DNA of 61,610 nucleotides, the filler included, from Nemertoderma westbladi (lineage: Eukaryota > Animalia > Xenacoelomorpha): assembly GCA_032718475.1 (NCBI GenBank). It is 3 parts of 3 records of this genome, joined end to end, with 100 filler letters (N's around TTAATTAATTAA, not from the genome) between each part and the next. Parts side by side here need not be neighbours in the genome. Positions count along the whole stretch, not along the records: positions 50,949 to 61,610 come from JAUCBJ010003127.1; 2 more parts are not named here. One strand, given 5' to 3'. Of the stretch, positions 51,707 through 61,610 are shown piece after piece; position 1 is the stretch's first letter; every line of letters starts with the position of its first letter. Below the pieces are notes generated by a model. It worked only from the letters and a program-made list of their open reading frames with translations, ran no database searches and was not told where the DNA came from. The position numbers and the translations under genes are program-made.

Positions 51707-52555
51707 CACTTTGCGTACCAACACGGTACGAGTTCATCACATGTATTGTCATGACACGTACTCGTGTTCATAATTCATGACAATGCTCATAATGCCGCCT
51801 TTAAATACTGTAATTATAACTTAACCCCCATGGCGGCAGAGTGCCACCTTTACATATATATATATAATATTATCCTGATCCCCTGGGCAGCAGTGTGTCG
51901 CCTTTATATAATTATAACCTAACCCTCATGGCGGCAGAGTGCCACCTTTACATATTTAAATGGGAAAGAAGTCGAAATGATGCCGTTCGTGGCGTATCCA
52001 TAATTATAAATTCAGGGATAATGACTGTAGAAAGGGTCTAATGCCACGTTTAACAAAAACAGTTGCTTTACATATATTATCCTGATCCCCAGGGCGACAG
52101 GGTGCCGCCCTTATATAATTATAACATAACCCCCATGGCGGCAGAGTGCCGCCTTTATTTAATACATCTGGTAACTTTCTTATAACTATTGGGGCGGAAA
52201 AATAGAGTTCATATTCGTGTTGGGCAGGAAAAACTGGTCTAGAAAATTTAATTTAATATTGCTTGAAGCGATTGGTTTGGTTCAATTTGAATTACATAGT
52301 TTATGCAATTTAATTTCAATTTAGCCAATAATTATGTTACAAATGATTAAGGCTGCAGTGAGCCCCCCGGGGTTCAAATTAAAGATTTATAAATTTCGAA
52401 AAAGGTTAAAGGCGGCAGTGTGCCGCCTTTGAGGGTAGGATAAGTAATAATATGGTTATCCTCTTTATATATAACAACAAAATAAACCTTGGTACGATCA
52501 AATATACTTTCTTGGAAGTAAAAATTTACGTAATTTATCTTTGGTACACAAAGAG
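51707..52555. mobile_element. Possible piggyBac-like non-autonomous element with internal GGCGGCAGAGTGCCRCCTTT repeats
   Basis: TTAA|CACTTTGCGTACCAA vs TTGGTACACAAAGAG (imperfect, right TTAA not preserved); repeated hairpin-like units at 51800-52160. Confidence 0.4.
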
Positions 52556-53744
52556 CTACACTTATTTTCTTAAAATTTAATTTATAAAGTTTGAGAAGGT
52601 TCTCGAGAATCCCGTTGCTATATTCGTAAACATGAAGATTGTAATGCTGTGATAGACATAAGAGCATATTGCTTAAAATATATTAAATATAATATAAATA
52701 TAATTTGCTATACAAATTTCTCGCTGCTTATATTGCATATAGTCCTGCAAAATTTCGTAACTATATTTTTTATATCTTATATTTATTTTTTTCCATTGTT
52801 ACCAGTAACGTTGTGTTAACAATAACATCTGATATCAATTAAAGCGGTATCAAGCCTCACACTGTTCATGTAGGAATAAGCAATCAAAGTGTAATCTATG
52901 TACCCCTTTCGATATCGCTTTAGTAATGCACTGATTCTTAATAATAAATATAGGCCTACAATTATTTCTTATATTTAATAAAACTGTAATTTTATTAGGA
53001 AGAACTTTCGGCACTTTTTTTTTTTCTCTATAATATCAATATATATAATGTATAAAAACAAACATTGTCCCACCACCAGCTGACGTAGCCTAGGTAACAA
53101 GTATAACAACAACAATATAGGCCTACATAAAAATACCAGTATATTACTAAAATTAGGCCTAATAGAGTCGTGATGCGCAGTTCAAAACCTGGAAATGCAG
53201 ACAGGTGATTTGGTCGCCTATGGGTACGGCGACGTGTCGGTGTCCGAGTTGGACATCTGTATCGGAGTCTCGCAGCGTACCGGTCGATTCCGTGCAGACT
53301 TTCGGCACTTTTTCGGTATTGGGGCCCCATTTTTTTTATATTTATTTATATTTATATTATTAGTGAATGTTCTAGAACCTTAGTAGATTTTTTATGGTAT
53401 ATAGCTAGTATTTTTTACTAGCTAGTAATTTTTGGAAATTATTTTGGTCATTAATATATTCTTCAATGAAATGAATATTTCTAAAAATACTAGCTAGCAA
53501 AAAGATTTTTTATGGTATAATGCTACAGTAGTATTTTTTACTAGCTAGTAATTTTTGGAAATTATTTTGGTCATTAATATATTCTTCAACAGTTTAACCT
53601 GAAATATCATGGACTTTCACATTTTTTATAATTTCAAAAAATACTAGCTAGCAAAAATATCCAAAAATGGGGCCCCAATACCGAAAAAGTGTAATATACA
53701 GTAGGTATACTTCTGATCCCGGTAACAGAAGTCGTCCACATGCT

Positions 53745-56700
53745 CAAGCATACCTTGCGGATGATAATAAATTATATGGCCCCAATAACAATCATATTGC
53801 TCTATCAGAATCTCTTACAAACTTTGTAAAATGGTGTTATACATGGCAAATGACAATCGCTATCGAAAAATGTACAGTGTTAAATATTGGAACTAAGAAT
53901 TTTGAACGCGTTGACTACAATATTGATTCCACCATATTGACACGAGTTGATCATTGCCGCGACCTGGGTGTAATTTTTGACTCATCATTGTCATTTCAAA
54001 ACCACATTAATGCTATTTGTAAAAAGGCATACTATGTTATTAGCGTGATTTTTAAAATTTTCTGTACCAATAACCGCCAAGCACTATTGAGAGCCTATAC
54101 GACCTTTGCGAGACCTCTTGTGGAATATGCTACTACTGTTTGGAATCCGTTCCTATCAACTACTTGTAAAGAGGGTTATCTCGGTTTCATCGATAAACTC
54201 GAAAAAGTTCAAAGATTGTTTACACGAAGGTTGTTTTATCGATGTTCGCTTGATCCAAAGACGCCATACTTTGAACGACTTCGTATTCTATGTCTCGAAT
54301 CACTCGAACTGCGCCGTCTCCGACTTGATCTAACTATGACCTTCAACATAATTCGCGAAGATCTTGGTCTGGTGGATGTCCCTAACTTAATCAACCGCTT
54401 TAACATTAGTAACAATTGTAGAACACGTGGACATAAGTACAAGTTATTTAAACCAAATATGGCATCATGCTTAATACAAAATAGCTTTTTCTTTAGAGTA
54501 ATCAACCCTTGGAACGGATTACCGGCCAATGTAGTTGAGGCTACATCACTAGGTTCCTTTAAAACTCTATTACGTGATGTTGATTTGACCTCATACTTGA
54601 AAGCAAACCAATAGGGCATCTGGTGTTGATGATGTGCCTCCCGAGGTCTTTAAGATCAGAGAATGCCTTCAACTAGCCCACCCTATCCTAGCAGAAATGT
54701 ACCGCACTAAGATTGCACCACAAGAACTGAAGACTAATCGGCTAACACCCGTTCCAAAGAAGGGCAACCTCTCCTATTTTGGTTCATATCGTGGAATTTA
54801 GTCTAATCTCAATTGCAGCTAAATTATTCAACAGAATAATGCTGAATCGCATTAGGGATCCTGTATAAAGACTCTTGCGTGGGAATCAAAATGGGTTTCG
54901 AAAAGGTAGAGGTACCTTTGAACCTATTCTGGCACTTAGAAGGATTATTGAAGAGGTTTCTACAAAGAAAGACAGACATTTGGCTGTCATATTTGTGGAT
55001 TTCTTCAAGGCCTTCGATTCCGTGTCACGCCCACGCATGTTCCAAATTCTTCAGGCATATGGGATCCCCAATGAGATCATTAATGCAATCAGATCAGTAT
55101 ATGACGGTTCCACGACCTTTGTATCCACTACTGATGGAGACACAGACCCATTTGAGGTTCTCTGGGGTGTCCTTCAAGGAGACACATTAGCCCCGTTCCT
55201 CTTCATTATTGTGGTGGACTATGTGCTGCGGACATCACTCGATATTCATGAAGCTGATGGGGTGGAAATATCTCCACCATCAGGTAGCCGTAGACGTGGT
55301 TCCCCACCAGAACATCTAACCGACCTTGACTTTGCAGATGACCTTGGTTTACTGTCAGAGACATTAGAAGGAGCACAGAAGCTGCTATCTAGCTTAGAGG
55401 AGGCTGCATCTAGTGTTGGCCTCTTTGTGAATAGCACAAAGACCAAAATTCTGACAGTAAACATGGATTCAGACCAGCAGAAAATTGATCGGGATAACGT
55501 TCAATCGCTGGATGGACTGGTAAGTCATGTGAACGACTTCTGCTACCTTGGATCATGGGTTCGGAGGTCTGCTGAAGATCTCCGAATTCGCAAAGGGAAA
55601 GCCTGGTCCGCCATCCACAAGCTATCCAGGATCTGGAAGAGCTCTGACATCTCATGCTCTTTAAAGGTACGCCTTTTCCGTGCAGCAGTGGAGCCCATGC
55701 TGGGCTCTAACTGCTGAAGACACCAGGTCCTTGGATGGCACATACACCAGGATGCTTCGCCGGGTGCACAACATAGCATATGATGCACACATAAGCAATG
55801 AGGTGTTATATAAATATGGTAACATCTCATTGCCAAGACCTAGCATCACCCTGCAGAAACGCCGTCTAATGCTTGCTGGGCACTGTTTCCGTCGGCAGGA
55901 TCAACCTGTACACAACCTTGTGCTGTGGCAGCCTGCTGGCGAGAATAGACGTGGTGGACAGCCAATGACTTTCCTCAAACGCCTGCTCAAGGACACAGGA
56001 CTTGAGAACAGGAATGAATTAGGAAATTGTATGGCTGACCGCAAGATCTGGGGGCGCTATGTTTCTGGGGCCGCCGGCACTGCACCCTAGTGCAAGCCGA
56101 TCATCATCATCACCGGCCAATGTAGTTGAGGCTACATCACTAGGTTCCTTTAAAACTCTATTACGTGATGTTGATTTGACCTCATACTTGAAAGCATTCC
56201 GTAATCTACCATAATAATAGTCCAAAAGAACATAAACTTTTATATTTTTATTTCAATATTTCATTACTTTAAATACATTATTTCTACATTATTTTAATTC
56301 AATAAACCTACATTACATAATATACTTATATTATTAAACATTGCTTATTTTAAGAATAAAACTACTAACTTAAAACATTTTATTTTATTAATTTTTAAGT
56401 ATTTTAATATTTTAATGTGTTGTTTGTTTCTATTTTAAGATCACTATGGTACAGACTTATTTTAATTTATTTTATGTATTTTAAAAATAATTCACTACAT
56501 ACTTATTTTATATTGTATATCGCATATTCTAACATACGTCCATTATTTTAAATACATTATTTTAATTCAATAAACCTACATAACATAATATCCTTATTTT
56601 ATTAAACACGGCTTATTTTAAGAATAAAACTACTACAGTAACTTTAACTTAAAATAATTAAATCTTAAATCATTTTATTTTATTAAATTTTAAGTATTTT

Positions 56701-57038
56701 AATGTGCTGTTTGTTTCTATTTTAAGATCACTATCCTACAGACTTATTTTAATTTATTTTATGTATTTTAATAACAATATCTTACATACTTATTTTATAT
56801 TGTATATCGCATACACCAACATACTTACCAATAGTAATAAATTTGTTTTTATATCGGTGTATTGTATAGTATACTATATGTATATTAATATTTGATTATT
56901 TAGATACGGCCTCTATCAGTCACTCAGTGAATGTTTAAAAAAATGATCTTATTTTATTGTGTTGTGCATGTTGGTGCGTTTTTACTTATAGAAGTAAATA
57001 AAAACTTTCCATTTCCATTTCCATTTCCATACCATTCC
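53745..57038 (+). mobile_element. 5'-truncated CR1/L2-group LINE interrupted by an RTE insertion
   Basis: YLADD, RDLGVIFD, RPLVEYATTVWNP, LEKVQRLFTR, RTRGH and RVINPWNGLP motifs. The frame resumes after the RTE (..YLKAFRNLP*), followed by an AT-rich 3' region with a duplication of about 280 bp and a (TTTCCA)n tail at 57006-57038. Confidence 0.8.
54606..56111 (+). mobile_element. 5'-truncated RTE retrotransposon with a (TCA)n tail and an 85-bp TSD
   Basis: RT motifs QNGFRKGR, FVDFFKAFDSV, GVLQGDTLAPFLF, DLDFADD and FCYLGS; 54521-54605 is duplicated exactly at 56112-56196. Confidence 0.92.
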
Positions 57039-57734
57039 CTGAGTTTATGCCCATCCGATCAGAGACTTGCTGAGGACTTTCAAAGTTAACTGTCAAAATA
57101 AATTGTGGGCTTTTTGGAGTTAATAAAAATCATCCTGACATGGATGGCTCTATACCTACAATAAGTCGTTGTAAAAACGGGCATAAATTTTAGAGAATTA
57201 CTGTAAATTCCAATATACAGTATTGATCGGTAAGCACTCTATTGTCGTTACTCTATGTTTGTTGCTATAGATTTTCACAAAGTCACAGAGATTGCAACCT
57301 GCGATAATAATTTACGATTATTAAAATGGAACTCCCTCAGTTTCCTACAGTAATACAGTACATTCAGTTATAGTGCGATCAGTACACGCATAGACTCACA
57401 GGTGTGTCTGAGTCGTTTAGCTCATATGGTTGTATATACTGCACATTCAAATCAATCGTTCAACATTATAGTTTTTATTGCCCGTGCAGGATACTGTATC
57501 TGTATATACATAACGGTTAACTCGTTAAATACACTCACACGTGTCTGCTACATTTTGTGAAAATATTTTTTTTACCGAAAAGTTTCTCTAAATTTTCAAA
57601 TACGAAAATAAGTTGAGGTACTGTATAACTATTTATTAATAAATTTTGTTAAATTTTTGTTAAATAGAGGCAAATAAAGTGCTTTATATCACGCGAATCC
57701 AGTGGTGTACAATATACCAGCATTTAGGTTATTG

Positions 57735-58001
57735 AATGGGAGAATCTTTTAGGCTCGTTAAGCCAGAGAATGCCTGTTCACCACCCATGGGTGATCTTCC
57801 ACAGTAAACCCTTCCACTCTGTTTCCCAAGTTGCTTTGGTTCCCATTTATCGACCACTGAAGGATGAAAGTCGGGGGTTGGGCTAGGCCGCAGCATTTAA
57901 AGCTCTGTGCCCAAACAGTGCTGCCCCATTTAGGGATCGAACCCGGGCTCCCTATTCGGAAGCACAGTAATGTCACCACTAGACCAAGCTGCTGCTTGGG
58001 T
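57735..58001 (-). mobile_element. tRNA-derived SINE with a conserved central domain (MetaSINE-like)
   Basis: Minus-strand A-box TGGTCTAGTGG, B-box GGTTCGATCCC and core CTTTCATCCTTCAGTGGTCGATAAATGGGAACC; 13-bp TSD ATTTAGGTTATTG (57722-57734 / 58002-58014). Confidence 0.8.
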
Positions 58002-58375
58002 ATTTAGGTTATTGTACGTCGAATTGCTTATTCGTCATCTGTAGACCTTTGTAAGTTACATATCATCAAACACAGAGCGACCATCAGACAATCCTATGAG
58101 GTTTAGCTACTTTAGTGTTCCGAATTGTGTTCGGTGAAACAGTTAGTTGCCATGTTTAGGTTAGCCGATACGTGCCTGGTTCGCGATTGTGTTCGGTTTT
58201 TATTTCAAGTGGTTTGACATTATCGGCTTGACGACTGGACGAGTTTTCGTCATTCCGTTAACACTACCGGAATCTGTGGCCTACCGGTAACTGTTTTAGA
58301 TTGTTTGATGATCTGGTGTATGTTGATTAGAGATGTAGGCTTACATTGTAATGCACTTGTGCTTTAGGCCTATAC

Positions 58376-58610
58376 TAAAAAGTAAAGTAAAAGTAAAGTT
58401 TTCTCTAGCCTTCAGTCCAAGGTTTATGCACAAAAACTGGTACTATTTCATCAACCAATTGAGGTATCCAAGGCAGAAACTCGCCCAGCTTAGACCCTGT
58501 AAAGCATTCTAGCAAAAACGATAACTCAGGATTCCCAAGCAGGGATTGAACCTACGACCAACGCACTGATGTGAAATCAAGGTTACGGATTTACCCACTA
58601 TACCAAAGTG
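58376..58610 (-). mobile_element. Second tRNA-derived SINE with a (CTTTA)n-type tail
   Basis: Minus-strand TGGTATAGTGG and GGTTCAATCCC boxes, a degenerate core GCCTTGGATACCTCAATTGGTTGATGAAATAGTACC, and a short tandem tail. Confidence 0.6.
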
Positions 58611-58739
58611 GAACTTAAATAATTTACTACTACTATTATTATAATCGGTCTGATGCATAGACCCATGGAGGTCTATGCCATCTCTACAAAAACTTTGAGC
58701 CACCACTATGTAATCCACAATAGGCAGGCTGTAGAGCAG

Positions 58740-58845
58740 CGTGCATTAAGAATACTATGTCGGTTTCTCAACAAAATTAGGCTCCACAACTCCTTATCCC
58801 CCATGACTTTCGCGAGATTATCCAAAACTTCAAGGCCAGTGTCTG
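58740..58845 (-). mobile_element. Short RTE 3' fragment
   Basis: Similar to the reverse complement of 36358-36460. Confidence 0.6.
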
Positions 58846-59167
58846 CTTGGATGTGTGCATGATTGTACGTGACACTAGTACTTTTCTACTGGTATTTAAT
58901 AAGTGCATTACTACTTAATTTCCTTCACTTAATTACCTTCATACTGCACACTACTGTACATATTTTAGAAGTAGTGTGTGGATAATACTGCTCTTTTCTC
59001 ACAAACACTTTTGCAGACTTATTATTTCTCCGTAATATAAAGACCAGTAATACTGTATATCCCCCCCCCCCCCCCCCCCCAACTAGGTAGAGCTGGAGCC
59101 CAACCCAACTCAGACGCGTCACGCGAGTCCGTCACGCTCGTTCGTCATGTGGACACGTCGCGCGTTG

Positions 59168-60404
59168 GGTGGACGCGTTAGTCGAACGGGTTAGGTGGAC
59201 GCGTTAGTCGAACGGGTTAGGTGGACGCGTTAGTCGAACGGGTTAGTCGAACGGGTTAGGTGGACGCGTTAGTCGAACGCATTAGGTGGACGCGTTAGTC
59301 GAACGGGTTAGTCGAACGGGTTAGTCGAACGGGTTAGGTGGACGCGTTAGTCGAACGCATTATGTGGACGCGTTAGTCAAACGGGTTAGGTGAACGCGTT
59401 AGTCGAACGGGTTAAGTGAACGCGTTAGTCGAACGGGTTAGTCGAACGGGTTAGGTGGACGCATTAGTCGAACGGGTTAGTCGAACGGGTTAGGTGGACG
59501 CGTTAGTCGAACGGGTTAGTCGAACGGGTTAGGTGGACGCGTTAGTCGAACGGGTTAGTCGAACGGGTTAGGTGGACGCGTTAGTCGAACGGGTTAGTCG
59601 AACGGGTTAGGTGGACGCGTTAGTCGAACGGGTTAGTCGAACGGGTTAGGTGGACGCGTTAGTCGAACGGGTTAGTCGAACGGGTTAGGTGGACGCGTTA
59701 GTCGAACGGGTTAGTCGAACGGGTTAGGTGGACGCGTTAGTCGAACGGGTTAGTCGAACGGGTTAGGTGGACGCGTTAGTCGAACGGGTTAGTCGAACGG
59801 GTTAGGTGGACGCGTTAGTCGAATGGGTTAGTCGAACGGGTTAGGTGGACGCGTTAGTCGAACGCATTATGTGGACGCGTTAGTCAAACGGGTTAGGTGA
59901 ACGCGTTAGACGAACGGGTTAAGTGAACGCGTTAGTCGAACGGGTTAGTCGAACGGGTTAGGTGGACACATTAGTCGAACGCGTTAGGTGGACGCGTTAG
60001 TCAAACGGGTTAGGTGAACGCGTTAGTCGAACGGGTTAGGTGGACGCATTAGTCGAACGCGTTAGGTGGACGCGTTAGTCAAACGGGTTAGGTGAACGCG
60101 TTAGTCGAACGGGTTAGGTGGACGCATTAGTCGAAGGCGTTAGGTGGACGCGTTAGTCAAACGGGTTAGGTGAACGCGTTAGTCGAACGGGTTAGGTGGA
60201 CGCGTTAGTCGAACGCGTTAGGTGGACGCGTTAGTCGAACGCGTTAGGTGGACGCGTTAGTCGAACGCGTTAGGTGGACGCATTAGTCGAACGCGTTAGG
60301 TGGACGCGTTAGTCGAACGGGTTAGGTGGACGCGTTAGTCGAACGGGTTAGGTGGACGCGTTAGTCGAACGGGTTAGTCGAACGGGTTAGGTGGACGCGT
60401 TAGT
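59168..60404. repeat. CpG-rich minisatellite of 13-bp monomers arranged in 26- and 39-bp higher-order units
   Basis: Monomers GGTTAGGTGGACG, CGTTAGTCGAACG and GGTTAGTCGAACG. Confidence 0.95.
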
Positions 60405-60430
60405 AATTGGATAAAGAACTCCCAGACTAA

Positions 60431-60565
60431 ATAGTAACCATAGTTACTGCATAGTAACCATAGTTACTGCATAGTAACCATAGTTACTGCATAGTAACCA
60501 TAGTTACCACATAATAACCATAGTTACCACATAGTAACCATAGTTACTACTAGTAACTACATAGT
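60431..60565. repeat. 20-bp tandem repeat, about 6 copies, internally palindromic
   Basis: ATAGTAACCATAGTTACTGC units (AGTAAC / GTTACT). Confidence 0.9.
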
Positions 60566-60750
60566 AGCCTAATAGTAAATAATAAAACCGCGATTAAATA
60601 GATTATTGTGCAATTATTGTGAGAAAGCGTGAAATTCTGATTAAAATAGGATTCATTTGAAAATTTAGATTTTTCCCACTATTTCGACTACCTCTTATAA
60701 ATTGTATTGTTTTTAAGTATTGTTTGGTTAAACATAACGTTTCTGTCAAA

Positions 60751-61296
60751 ATGTTGAAACTATTGGTATTTGCAACATTTGTAGTAGTTGGATTCAGTTT
60801 GAGGTGCAACGAGTTACTTCAAAATGGAGGTACCAAAGTTAAAGAAGATTGCGATTTTTGCGTGGTATGTTGTCACAGTGCATGTTTTTTAGCATATAAG
60901 CGTTACACATACAGTAGTTGTCACAAAGAAGGAGTAAGGCTCAATGTAGCGGTGCCATTAATTAAGTTTAGTCTATATGGTAATCCTACCCGTAATTAAA
61001 CTTGCCAATTCCAGCCAGATAGCCTCGTGTATAAGCTAAATAAACATGTTACCCATTACAGTACATTTGTGTTAAACCTTTTTATTTTATGTTAAAATTA
61101 AAATAATATAAATGTATTATTCTTATTTCAGACTTTAAACATGAAAGATATAACACTGAAAGAATGCGTAAAAGAAGTGGGTGCAGTAGTGACAGATGTT
61201 CAATTACGTTGCCACCAAGCAGAAGAACAAATATGTAAGAAAGTTGGCGAAGATGACTGCGAACTCATTTGCTGCACTGAAGACCTTTGCAACTAA
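60751..61296 (+). CDS. Small secreted three-finger (Ly6/uPAR, LU-domain) protein, 92 aa; exons 60751-60864 and 61132-61296
   Basis: Spliced product MLKLLVFATFVVVGFSLRCNELLQNGGTKVKEDCDFCV|TLNMKDITLKECVKEVGAVVTDVQLRCHQAEEQICKKVGEDDCELICCTEDLCN*. It has a signal peptide, an L-x-C start, 10 Cys and a terminal CCxxDLCN; GTATGT donor, TTTCAG acceptor, and AATAAA at 61381. Confidence 0.85.
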
Positions 61297-61610
61297 ATAA
61301 ATAATTATTTTAACTGAACTCTGTTCGCATGAGTACCGGTACTACTTGTGATAGGTGATGGATTTATACAGGAAAATAATAATAAAATAAATTTCAATAC
61401 CACAACAACATTTCAAACAATAATCAAATAGAATGAATGGCTAACTGTCTAGTAATTTATTAGTAAAGTTTTTAGGTGAAAATTTCTGTAAAAATTATAC
61501 AAATTTTATTCATATCAGATACTTAATAAAAAGTTGTGTCAAGTTTCAGAAACTGAAACTAATTCGGAGAAAATTGTACTACTACTACTAGTATCGGCAT
61601 GCTGAATGCC

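Noticed and set aside
53306-53691. 29-bp inverted pair CACTTTTTCGGTATTGGGGCCCCATTTTT as a discrete MITE, and the ATG at 53667 as a real start
   Set aside because: The inverted repeat is real but has no TSD and its boundaries are unclear. The ATG lies within this repeat and is only fortuitously in frame with the truncated LINE.
59168-60404. Telomeric (TTAGG)n array
   Set aside because: TTAGG occurs only embedded in 13-bp monomers, not as a tandem telomeric tract.

Overview
AT-rich, repeat-dense eukaryotic (invertebrate animal-like) genomic DNA. It consists of three segments joined by artificial 100-nt spacers (N44-TTAATTAATTAA-N44 at 30269-30368 and 50849-50948), so adjacency across them is not reliable. 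Host genes are a CDS-intronless V-ATPase subunit E, the first three coding exons of NELF-A (minus strand), a tRNA-Lys(TTT), a two-exon ERLEC1/XTP3-B ER lectin, and a two-exon 92-aa secreted three-finger (Ly6/uPAR) protein that the ORF track misses. Most of the rest is mobile DNA. This includes an apparently intact 4.3-kb Sola2-type DNA transposon (perfect 25-bp TIRs, 4-bp TSD) and a decayed relative, an internally deleted Harbinger hosting a CRE-type retrotransposon and a Helentron-like repeat, and a Penelope element with a hammerhead-like motif. There are also many RTE copies (one with an 85-bp TSD inside a CR1-like LINE), tRNA-derived SINEs, MITEs and several mini/microsatellites. Paired repeat copies show TA>TACAGTA insertions matching Tc1/mariner excision footprints. 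No prokaryotic-type system (CRISPR, operon) is supported. Family assignments come from recalled motifs, not from database searches.
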